Positions 53,290-60,975 of a stretch of 64,000 bases of DNA are shown here, piece after piece. The notes under the pieces are model-generated. The model worked only from the letters and a program-made list of their open reading frames with translations. It made no database searches and was not told the origin of the DNA. Position 1 is the first letter of the stretch. Every line of letters begins with the position of its first letter. This stretch comes from Candidatus Zhuqueibacterota bacterium. Its GTDB lineage: Bacteria > Zhuqueibacterota > Zhuqueibacteria > Oceanimicrobiales > Oceanimicrobiaceae. Location of the stretch: NCBI GenBank assembly GCA_029262035.1, contig JAJDAE010000193.1, positions 6,115 to 70,114 of the forward strand. The letters are read 5' to 3'. Position numbers and translations under genes: made by a program.

Positions 53290-54114
53290 CTGAAAACTGT
53301 AGTTTTTTTAATTATTATATGCCTTTTTTCTTGGAAAGCCTTATTTTGCCAGATTGGTCATAAGTTGCAATATAAATCTCAAACCAATGAGATAATGTAT
53401 GAGTTTTCGACTTATGGAGAAGGGGTGCAAGAGACAGAAGGCAGTCGTATTGTAAGTCAACGCTCAATGCGTGGCCTCGTTTCTTTTCGTTTCGTTGGCG
53501 AAACTGCACAACAACTTATGGTTGAAATGGTCTACGATTCTTTAGAAATATACGCTGTTTCAGAGTTGGAGGAAACAACAATCAAAGATCCGCCTGAAGT
53601 AATAGGACTTTTGATAAAAAAAGTGCTCGCTCGTAGCGGCGATCAGCTTTCTTCAGTGGAATTGAATGAATTTGGAATTATGCCTGCCTCAGTATCTTTT
53701 TCTACTCAAAATGAATTTTTGACTAACCTGCCTGATAAACCAATTTTTGAAAACCAGACCTTTAAAATGATAGATAGGGACACTGTTTTCATTGCTTCTG
53801 GTGCCTGTTTGAATAATATGGATCTTGAGTATAAGTTTTCTGGAAAAGAGATGGCACTTGGATACAATTGTGTGAAATTAACAGTAAATGGAAAGGCCAA
53901 AATTAGTGGCGATTTTAGTCGGCAGGGTACTCAGTTTCTTATTTCGGGGGAGGGGGCAATAATTGGTACTATTTTATTCTCACCGGAAAAAGGTCTTTTA
54001 GTCTCTTCTTCCAATGAAACCAAATTGCACCTGAATATTCTGACATCGGGGAATCAACCCATATCAATCCCGGTTATTCAGACAAGCCGTTCAGAAATTA
54101 ATCTCTTTCAGTAA
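53290..54114 (+). CDS. Hypothetical secreted/membrane-anchored protein (start uncertain)
   Basis: ORF 53167-54114, but its first 41 codons run through the rpmA terminator. The hydrophobic LKTVVFLIIICLFSWKALFC segment begins at CTG 53290. No in-frame ATG/GTG/TTG precedes it downstream of the terminator. No family recognised. Confidence 0.5.
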   Translation: MKTVVFLIIICLFSWKALFCQIGHKLQYKSQTNEIMYEFSTYGEGVQETEGSRIVSQRSMRGLVSFRFVGETAQQLMVEMVYDSLEIYAVSELEETTIKDPPEVIGLLIKKVLARSGDQLSSVELNEFGIMPASVSFSTQNEFLTNLPDKPIFENQTFKMIDRDTVFIASGACLNNMDLEYKFSGKEMALGYNCVKLTVNGKAKISGDFSRQGTQFLISGEGAIIGTILFSPEKGLLVSSSNETKLHLNILTSGNQPISIPVIQTSRSEINLFQ

Positions 54115-54210
54115 ATAAAATTATCAAAATGAGATGGCGTCTCGCCGTGAACAAATATTTGGAATAGTCATCATTGACGATTTGTTTTCTAATATAAACA
54201 CGGCACTTAT

Positions 54211-54573
54211 ATGAATATGAAATATCTCCTGATTTTCTTTGTTTTAATTTCAATACGTCAAGCGACAGCCGCATTTTATGTTCAGGATTCAGTAGCGGTC
54301 TCTAAAGAAATGACCCAAGCAAGTACAGGAGATGCTCAAGGAGATAGTTTATCTCATAATTTAAAAACGCCAGTTTTATACCAGGCCCTCAAGCTTCGAC
54401 CTCTTCTGTCAGATAAATTTGGGTTAGCCCTTAAACAAACATTTAAGTACGATACAACCTGGGATAATCCTGAGACCAGGTGCTACGAGTTTAAAAGGCC
54501 TATTACGCAAAAATATCTGTTCCTTTTTAATTTCACTTCAAAACAACAGTATACGCCGACTAGCTTACCATAA
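54211..54573 (+). CDS. Hypothetical small secreted protein
   Basis: 120-aa ORF with signal peptide MNMKYLLIFFVLISIRQATA; no recognisable family. Confidence 0.5.
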   Translation: MNMKYLLIFFVLISIRQATAAFYVQDSVAVSKEMTQASTGDAQGDSLSHNLKTPVLYQALKLRPLLSDKFGLALKQTFKYDTTWDNPETRCYEFKRPITQKYLFLFNFTSKQQYTPTSLP

Positions 54574-54595
54574 ATTTTGTTCCGTTCCTCTTCCA

Positions 54596-54628
54596 AAAGC
54601 CCCTGAATACAGAGGCTTTTCTTTTTTT
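54596..54628 (+). terminator. Terminator-like hairpin after the 54211-54573 ORF
   Basis: AAGCCCCT...AGAGGCTT imperfect stem followed by TTCTTTTTTT. Confidence 0.5.
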
Positions 54629-54634
54629 AATTCA

Positions 54635-54663
54635 TTGATTATTGCTTCCAATATTTTTATACT
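54635..54663 (+). promoter_or_regulatory. Sigma70-like promoter candidate for the dehydrogenase/CoADR genes
   Basis: TTGATT (54635-54640), 17-nt spacer, TATACT (54658-54663), 58 nt upstream of ATG 54721. Confidence 0.45.
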
Positions 54664-54720
54664 TTGACTGAAAATTTTATAGCAGGCGTGTGACGAATAA
54701 TGAAGGAAAATATTTAAAAC

Positions 54721-55584
54721 ATGAGTAAGATTACAAAAATTGGATTTGTTGGCCTTGGGATTATGGGCAAATCGATGGCTTTGAATTTATTAAAAGCCGG
54801 TTTTAAAGTGACTGTATGGAATCGTACTCAGGAAAAGACGAAACCTCTTAAGGAAGTCGGCGCTACTGTAGCCGAAACTCTTGAGGACCTTGCCAGGGAA
54901 ACTGAATTGATAATAACTATTGTTAACGACACCCCGGATGTTGAGGAAGTTATTTTTCAAAAATTAATATCGGGGCTTGTGGCTGGTAAAATTGTGGTGG
55001 ATATGAGTACTATAGACCCCGGTGCCACGGTGGAGTTTTCAAAAAAATTGGCTTCACTAAAAATCGAAATGCTGGATGCCCCGGTTTCAGGTGGTGATAT
55101 TGGCGCTCGCAACGGCACGTTAACAATTATGGCAGGGGGAAAGAAAGAGGTTTTCGAAAGAGTGCTTCCGGTCTTTCAGGCTATGGGGAAAAATATTGTG
55201 CATTGTGGTGGCAATGGTGATGGCCAGCGCGTCAAAATGATTAACCAGGTTTTGTGCGGCTTGCATGCAGTGGCAATGACGGAGGCGTTCTCTATCGCCA
55301 AAGATGTTGGGTTGGATCTAGATATTATGCACAAAGTTGTGACCAGCGGTGCAGCCGGTTCATGGGCGTTGGATAATCTCGGTCCTCGTCTTTTGAAGGG
55401 TGATAAAGAGCCGGGGTTTAAACTCTCTATGCAGCTAAAAGATTTACGAATCGCTCATGAAACGACCCAAAAATATAGTGAAAAATATCGTGGTACAGCA
55501 CTTGCGTTTGAGCTGTTTTCAAAAGCAAATGAAAAGGGATTGGGGAACCTTGGCTCACATGGTTTGATTGAGTTATATAAATAA
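54721..55584 (+). CDS. NAD(P)-dependent beta-hydroxyacid dehydrogenase (3-hydroxyisobutyrate dehydrogenase family)
   Basis: N-terminal Rossmann IGFVGLGIMGKSMALNL, ...MLDAPVSGG..., ...LMKDL-like LQLKDLRIA; 287 aa. Confidence 0.85.
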   Translation: MSKITKIGFVGLGIMGKSMALNLLKAGFKVTVWNRTQEKTKPLKEVGATVAETLEDLARETELIITIVNDTPDVEEVIFQKLISGLVAGKIVVDMSTIDPGATVEFSKKLASLKIEMLDAPVSGGDIGARNGTLTIMAGGKKEVFERVLPVFQAMGKNIVHCGGNGDGQRVKMINQVLCGLHAVAMTEAFSIAKDVGLDLDIMHKVVTSGAAGSWALDNLGPRLLKGDKEPGFKLSMQLKDLRIAHETTQKYSEKYRGTALAFELFSKANEKGLGNLGSHGLIELYK

Positions 55585-55587
55585 GTT

Positions 55588-56961
55588 ATGAATTCAAAAA
55601 TCCGAAAAGAACGATTCATCATTGTTGGCGGCAATGCTGCTGGTATGAGCGCAGCCAGTAAAGCAAAACGATTAAACCCGAAGCTGGAAGTACTCGTTTT
55701 TGAGCGTAGTTCCCATGTATCTTACAGTGCCTGTGGTATACCTTATTATATATCCGATATGGTGCACGATGTCAATGAACTGGTCACCATTACGCCGGAG
55801 GAATTTCACAGCAAACGCGATGTAACAGTTCTAACAAAATATGAAGTTGTTGATATTAAACCAGTAAAGCGGTTGGTTACAGTAATTGATCTGAATTCAG
55901 GAAAAGACGTAGAGTATGCCTACGACAAATTATTAATCGCAACAGGCAGCTCTGTAATTCCATCGTTCCCTGTGGCTCCGAATGTAACCCGTGTTTTTAG
56001 TTTACAAACCCTTGATGATGGTATTCGCGTTAAGAAATTTATTGATGAGAAACGACCCAAAAGTATTGCTATTGTTGGCGGCGGGTACATCGCTATGGAA
56101 ATGGCTGAAGCCTTGTGTCAGCGCAACTTAGACGTTTTGATAATTGAAAAATCTGGACAAATTTTACCCGGCTTTGGACCAGAGATTGTCAAAGAAGTTG
56201 CCTCAAAATTGAATCAAAATAAAGTTGAGGTGTTGACTAATTCTCAAGTGGAAAAAGCTTTTTGCAGCGGCCACGATTCCGTTGTAAGCCAGCTTGAAAG
56301 TGGTGAGAAGAAAGAAGCGGACATGATGTTGGTTTGTACTGGGATTCAACCAAACAGCAAAATTGCACAACTTGCCGGTGCGAGACTTAACGCCCACAAT
56401 GCCATTGCCGTGGATTGGAAAATGCAGACTACTGTGTCTAATATTTTTGCAGCGGGTGATTGCGCCGAAACCCAAAACATCGTTTCCGGGAAAAAAGATT
56501 TTCTGCCTTCCGGGCCAACGGCAAACAAACAAGGCCGGATTGCGGGGGAGAATATTGGCGGCGGCACTGCAACATTCCCCGGTGTGACCGGCACCTCGGT
56601 TTTCAAACTATTTGATTTGGAAGTTGCGCGTACAGGGCTGGATTTACAAAAAGCACAGCGACTTAATTTTGATGCAATGACCTGCTCGGTCACTGTAAAG
56701 TCTAAAGCCGGATATTATTCAGATGCTACACCTATTACAATTTCAGTAGTTTTCAATAAACGAGATGGGAGGCTGCTTGGCGCGCAAATGGTTGGTAAAA
56801 ATGGAGTCAGCAAGCGCATCGACGTTTTCGCTACTGCACTTTTTAACCGCATGAAGTTAGATGAAATTGCTTCTCTCGATCTCAGTTATGCCCCGCCTTT
56901 TGCACCGGTTTGGGATCCGGTTCTGGTGGCAGTGAATGTGGCAAAGACTAAGGTGAAGTAA
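55588..56961 (+). CDS. Pyridine nucleotide-disulfide oxidoreductase, CoA-disulfide reductase / NADH oxidase-like
   Basis: FAD fold IIVGGNAAGMSAA, single redox Cys motif SYSACGIPYY, second Rossmann IAIVGGGYIAMEMA, ...AAGDCAE...; 457 aa; 3-nt gap from the upstream gene. Confidence 0.85.
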   Translation: MNSKIRKERFIIVGGNAAGMSAASKAKRLNPKLEVLVFERSSHVSYSACGIPYYISDMVHDVNELVTITPEEFHSKRDVTVLTKYEVVDIKPVKRLVTVIDLNSGKDVEYAYDKLLIATGSSVIPSFPVAPNVTRVFSLQTLDDGIRVKKFIDEKRPKSIAIVGGGYIAMEMAEALCQRNLDVLIIEKSGQILPGFGPEIVKEVASKLNQNKVEVLTNSQVEKAFCSGHDSVVSQLESGEKKEADMMLVCTGIQPNSKIAQLAGARLNAHNAIAVDWKMQTTVSNIFAAGDCAETQNIVSGKKDFLPSGPTANKQGRIAGENIGGGTATFPGVTGTSVFKLFDLEVARTGLDLQKAQRLNFDAMTCSVTVKSKAGYYSDATPITISVVFNKRDGRLLGAQMVGKNGVSKRIDVFATALFNRMKLDEIASLDLSYAPPFAPVWDPVLVAVNVAKTKVK

Positions 56962-57039
56962 AAAATAATTTGATAATTAATGATATTGTTTTGAAATGTG
57001 AAGTTGGATTACTGTTCTAGAAAAAGCAGGGAGAAGAAA

Positions 57040-58218
57040 ATGGCAAATTTAAGTTTTTTGGATGAAGAAATATCGGAATTAAAATCGCAGGGGCTTTTTA
57101 ACACCATTCGTACTATTGGCTCAGCACAGGATGCCTGGATTGATGTGGATGGAAAGAAAGTACTGAATATGTGCGCCAACAATTATCTGGGCTTCGCAAA
57201 CCATGATGAGTTGAAAAATGCGGCAAAGGAAGCTATCGATAAATATGGTGTTGGTCCCGCTGCAGTGCGTTCCATTGCCGGAACCATGACCTTGCATAAT
57301 GAACTGGAGCAAAAGTTAGCTGATTTCAAAGGTGTGGAAGCTGCCATTTCATTTCAGTCTGGGTTTAACTCAAATGTGGCAACTGTGCCCACCATAATGG
57401 GACCCGATGATGTAATTTTTTCTGATGAACTAAATCATGCCAGCATTATCGATGCCTGCCGTTTAACCAAAGCCAAAACTGTGCGATTCAGTCATTGCAG
57501 TGCAGCCTCCTTGGAAGAAAAATTGAAAGAATTCACAAATGCCCGGCGGAAGCTGGTTATCACCGACGGCGTGTTTAGCATGGATGGGGATATTGCACCT
57601 CTACCTGAACTCGTTGAAGTGGCGCAAAAATATGATGCCATGGTCATGGTAGATGACGCCCATGGCGAAGGTGTAATGGGGAACTCCGGCCGTGGTATTG
57701 TAGACCATTTTGGCTTACATGGAAAAGTTGATATTGAAATAGGCACTATGTCCAAAGCGTTTGGCGTGGTTGGTGGGTATGTTTCCGGTAAGAAGAAAAT
57801 CGTTGATTACCTGCGTCAACGCGCCCGGCCGTTTCTGTTTTCCAGCGCAGCCACGCCTGCCGATGTTGCCGCCTGCATCAAAGCTGTTGATATTTTAACA
57901 GCGTCTGGTGAGTTAGTGGAAAAACTCTGGCAGAATTCCCAATATTTTCAAACCAAATTAATACAGGCTGGTTTTGATATCGGCGTAACTGTAACTCCCA
58001 TTACGCCTGTGATGATCGGCGACCCAAGCAAGGCTAAGGCATTTAGCAAAAGTTTGTTTGATAATGGCGTGTTCGGCATGGCTATCAGTTTCCCGACCGT
58101 ACCAAAAGGCAAAGATCGCATCCGTGTGATGAATTCTGCCACACATTCCACCAAAGATTTGGACTTTGCGGTGGATGTGTTTTTAAAGGTTGGGAAGGAT
58201 CTGGGGGTGGTCTTTTAA
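57040..58218 (+). CDS. kbl: Glycine C-acetyltransferase (2-amino-3-ketobutyrate CoA ligase) / alpha-oxoamine synthase family
   Basis: ...NNYLGFANH..., ...[10 protein letters not shown]..., ...VDDAHG..., PLP lysine GTMSKAFG...; ATG 57040 after AGGGAGA (ORF-track GTG 56998 rejected). Kbl versus BioF cannot be settled by eye. Confidence 0.85.
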   Translation: MANLSFLDEEISELKSQGLFNTIRTIGSAQDAWIDVDGKKVLNMCANNYLGFANHDELKNAAKEAIDKYGVGPAAVRSIAGTMTLHNELEQKLADFKGVEAAISFQSGFNSNVATVPTIMGPDDVIFSDELNHASIIDACRLTKAKTVRFSHCSAASLEEKLKEFTNARRKLVITDGVFSMDGDIAPLPELVEVAQKYDAMVMVDDAHGEGVMGNSGRGIVDHFGLHGKVDIEIGTMSKAFGVVGGYVSGKKKIVDYLRQRARPFLFSSAATPADVAACIKAVDILTASGELVEKLWQNSQYFQTKLIQAGFDIGVTVTPITPVMIGDPSKAKAFSKSLFDNGVFGMAISFPTVPKGKDRIRVMNSATHSTKDLDFAVDVFLKVGKDLGVVF

Positions 58219-58240
58219 ACGGGCCTTGTCTCTTGAAGAA

Positions 58241-58271
58241 CGTGTCCGGCACTTTGGAAGTACCGGACACG
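58241..58271 (+). terminator. Hairpin after kbl (possible terminator, no clean T-tract)
   Basis: CGTGTCCGG (58241-58249) pairs with CCGGACACG (58263-58271); followed by TAGATAAATTT. Confidence 0.4.
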
Positions 58272-58574
58272 TAGATAAATTTAAGTTCCATGAACTGATG
58301 CTTGACACGAAAGAAATCACATCAAAGTATATTTTATGGTAGCTTGAGTCGAGTGGTTAAAATCATCATGTACGGTTTTAAGGGGAGTCCGGTCAACATC
58401 CGCATATTTCCCAAAACTATCTTAGCCGCAAAAAACAGCTCGACCTATCAACTCACCTTTTTAAAACACATCTCCTTATTTCGATAAAGAATTTTTTCAA
58501 ATGTTCGACATTAACAATAGAACAGGACATATCTCAGCTTATTTGTGATGTAACTTGAAATTCAAGGATAGTTG

Positions 58575-60089
58575 ATGGAAATATTCAGAACCCATAATCG
58601 ACAAATGGTAACCGCCTTGTTGCTGCTATTAGTGGTGATTCTGGGAGGTACCCTGGGTTATTCGCAACTTGAAGGGTACGGTCTGGTTGATGGTTTTTAT
58701 ATGACCATCATAACCATCACCACTGTTGGATTTGGAGAAATCCACCCGCTATCAACCGGCGGGCGAATATTTACTTCAATCCTGATTCTGTTCGGCTTTG
58801 CAAGTTTGGCCTTTATTGGTCAAACCTTCGCAGAAAATTTTGTCAGTAAATTGATGAGTGCAAACTCGGAGAAGAAAAAAATGTTGAAAGAAATTTCCCT
58901 GCTAAATTCTCATTATATAATTTGCGGCTTCGGAAGAGTTGGAGAGGCCGTAGCCGAAAAGCTACAAACCTGTGGCGTCCGATTCGTATTTATTGAAGCA
59001 AACCTTGACAGTTGTCAAAAATTAAAAGAAAACAACTATCTGTACATTGAGGGCGATGCCATCAACGATGCGGCACTGGAATCAGCGGGGATAAAAAAGG
59101 CCAACGGATTGCTGGCTATTTTGCCGTCCGTTCCGGATAATCTCTTTATCACGTTAACCGCACGTGAGTTGAACCCCGTTTTGCACATCATTGCGAGAGC
59201 GAATAATGCAGCCTCTGAGAAGCGACTATTGCAAGGCGGCGTGGATAGCGTTATTTCACCATATACCAGCGCCGGATATCAAATTGCCAGCAACTTGCTT
59301 GCCGCTGCTGGGAGCGTCGATATCGCACAACACTCGATTCCTGTCATAGAGGCTGTTCCGCAATGGTTCGACGTCCTGGAAGGTTCTGGCATGGTTGGGC
59401 AAACTATAGGCCAACTCTCCAAAGAAATGAAACACAAAGTTTTTGGGCTGCGCCGACTCAATCGGGATTATCTTGAGCCCGACTACAGTTGGGAAATCGA
59501 GGCTCAGGACAAATTGCTTGTGCTCGAAGATTGGGGGGATAAGGTGAACGAGCAAACGGTGCAAAAACCGAAACCACAAACCGTGGTCATCGTGGATGAC
59601 AATCCGGTCATTTTAAAACTCTATACGCGGCTGCTCCACCGCGCCGGATTCGTACCACATACTGCCAAAAATGGCAGTGAAGCGGTGAAACTGATCTTGG
59701 AACTGAAGCCAGATGCTGCGGTTCTCGACTTTATGCTTCCGGTTTTATCAGGAATCGAGATCTGCAAGAAAGTGCGTACAGAGAGAACCTGCGATAATGT
59801 AAAACTGATCCTTTTCACCGGCGACGAGGAAGCAGAAACCAGAGAAAGAGCCTTGAAAGCCGGAGCCAACGCGGTCGTGGTTAAGAGTCCACAAGCCTCA
59901 GAGTTAATTGAAACGGTGATTTCTTTGCTGCAACAGAACCAGAAAAACTCCTCGCCTCAAGGAAGTAATTCGCGACCGCTGGATGGAAGCGGCACTGAAG
60001 CGAACCTAACTCCCCACGGTTTTGCGCCAGTGGAAGAACTCGGCTCTGTCACTATTGTGAGTAATGAACAAACCAACTCCTCTACCTGA
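58575..60089 (+). CDS. 2-TM potassium channel with RCK (TrkA-N/TrkA-C) gating domains fused to a C-terminal response-regulator receiver domain
   Basis: Two TM segments flank the pore signature TITTVGFGE (TVGFGE encoded at 58722-58739). Rossmann IICGFGRVGEAVAEKL. TrkA-C-like ...VGQTIGQLS...KLLVLED... REC domain VVIVDDNP...AAVLDFMLP...LILFTGD...VVVKSP. ATG 58575 lies 6 nt after AAGGA. Confidence 0.85.
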   Translation: MEIFRTHNRQMVTALLLLLVVILGGTLGYSQLEGYGLVDGFYMTIITITTVGFGEIHPLSTGGRIFTSILILFGFASLAFIGQTFAENFVSKLMSANSEKKKMLKEISLLNSHYIICGFGRVGEAVAEKLQTCGVRFVFIEANLDSCQKLKENNYLYIEGDAINDAALESAGIKKANGLLAILPSVPDNLFITLTARELNPVLHIIARANNAASEKRLLQGGVDSVISPYTSAGYQIASNLLAAAGSVDIAQHSIPVIEAVPQWFDVLEGSGMVGQTIGQLSKEMKHKVFGLRRLNRDYLEPDYSWEIEAQDKLLVLEDWGDKVNEQTVQKPKPQTVVIVDDNPVILKLYTRLLHRAGFVPHTAKNGSEAVKLILELKPDAAVLDFMLPVLSGIEICKKVRTERTCDNVKLILFTGDEEAETRERALKAGANAVVVKSPQASELIETVISLLQQNQKNSSPQGSNSRPLDGSGTEANLTPHGFAPVEELGSVTIVSNEQTNSST

Positions 60090-60135
60090 ACTCATCGAAG
60101 CACCACAAAAACAGGATGCCTTAGATCCACGTGTA

Positions 60136-60302
60136 TAAGGCATGAGTAAAGGCGTAATGACCAAAGCCGGCACGACGTCAGTTTCCAGACAGTGCCGAAA
60201 GGTAAAGACAGAATCCGCGTGATGAATTCCGCCACTTACTCCACCAAAGATTTGGATTTTGCAGTTGATGTGTTTGTGAAGGTCGGGAAGGATGTTGGAT
60301 AA
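60136..60302 (+). pseudogene. Remnant of the 3' end of a second kbl-like gene
   Basis: 60177-60302 translates [41 protein letters not shown]. The kbl C-terminus reads [44 protein letters not shown]. About 80-85% nt identity by hand alignment to 58086-58205. Homology decays with indels upstream, with an in-frame stop at 60147. Confidence 0.8.
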
Positions 60303-60398
60303 AAATGAACGCAAATTTAAGGGTTGGCGGAAGAGGACAGAGACTTTGAGTCAACCTGTTCTGATTTACGGAAGAGCATGCGCTCTACTCATTAAAAT

Positions 60399-60428
60399 AA
60401 AAAACCCCGGCTGAAATCAGCCGGGGTC
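60399..60428 (-). terminator. Rho-independent terminator of the cold-shock gene
   Basis: On the - strand: GACCCCGGCTGATTTCAGCCGGGGTTTTTTATTTT; 8-bp G/C-rich stem (60405-60426) plus T-tract. Confidence 0.85.
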
Positions 60429-60455
60429 AAAATTACGACAAGTCTAAAAATGTAA

Positions 60456-60656
60456 TTATATTTTTGAGACGTTGTTTGCTTGCAAGCCTTTAGGGCCTTG
60501 TCCTACTTCAAATTGAACTTTATCGCCTTCATCCAACGATTTGTATCCATCGCCTTCAATAGAGTTAAAATGAACAAATACATCTTCACCTTCTTCTCTG
60601 GTGATAAAGCCATAGCCTTTAGAGCCGTTAAACCATTTGACTGTTCCTGTTTCCAT
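60456..60656 (-). CDS. csp: Cold-shock protein (CspA family)
   Basis: [33 protein letters not shown]... RNP1/RNP2 motifs; ATG 60656 lies 8 nt after AGGA (ORF-track start 60671 lies inside the RBS). Confidence 0.95.
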   Translation of the reverse strand: METGTVKWFNGSKGYGFITREEGEDVFVHFNSIEGDGYKSLDEGDKVQFEVGQGPKGLQANNVSKI

Positions 60657-60789
60657 TGAACCAATCCTCATGTAAAAATTTAAGTGACGTACTATTCTTT
60701 TTCAGCTTAATGTCAAAAAAAAATCGTGTTGAATAAAAGCTACTTTATTCTTCACGATATATTTTGATGTTAAAGTTTTAAATTCGAGT

Positions 60790-60944
60790 ATAACAAAATA
60801 AACAAAAAAGCAAGAAAAACCATGTACAATTATTTAACTGTAGATTATACGGTATAGATTTTTAAGAAGCAATAAAAATTTTATATTTTTTATCGGTTTA
60901 TGTATTTGGCCTGAATTCGTAATTTGTGCATAACAAAATAAACA
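60790..60944. repeat. 15-bp direct repeat ATAACAAAATAAACA in the csp upstream region
   Basis: Identical 15-mers at 60790-60804 and 60930-60944 (140 bp apart), each with AATTCG a few nt upstream. Confidence 0.6.
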
Positions 60945-60975
60945 TCAGCTTGTATCTGGCAAATAGTGCACAAAA

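Noticed and set aside
58370-58440. Possible c-di-AMP (ydaO/kimA-type) riboswitch ahead of the K+ channel
   Set aside because: Only a loose GGGGAGUCC resemblance was found. I could not find the pseudo-two-fold pairing or the conserved ACGGGG/CCGAA-type blocks by eye. It needs a covariance-model scan before any claim.
58302-58487. 61-aa ORF in the kbl-channel spacer
   Set aside because: No RBS and no recognisable similarity. It is treated as non-coding, but a BLASTX check is suggested in the findings.
60006-60314. 102-aa - strand ORF downstream of the channel gene
   Set aside because: It is antisense to the kbl-tail remnant and to the channel 3' end. The + strand homology to kbl explains the open frame.
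58275-60318. 9-bp AAATTTAAG present after both the kbl stop (58278-58286) and the remnant stop (60312-60320) as a possible target-site duplication
   Set aside because: It is too short and AT-rich to distinguish from chance. Its offsets from the two stop codons also differ (about 57 nt versus 8 nt).
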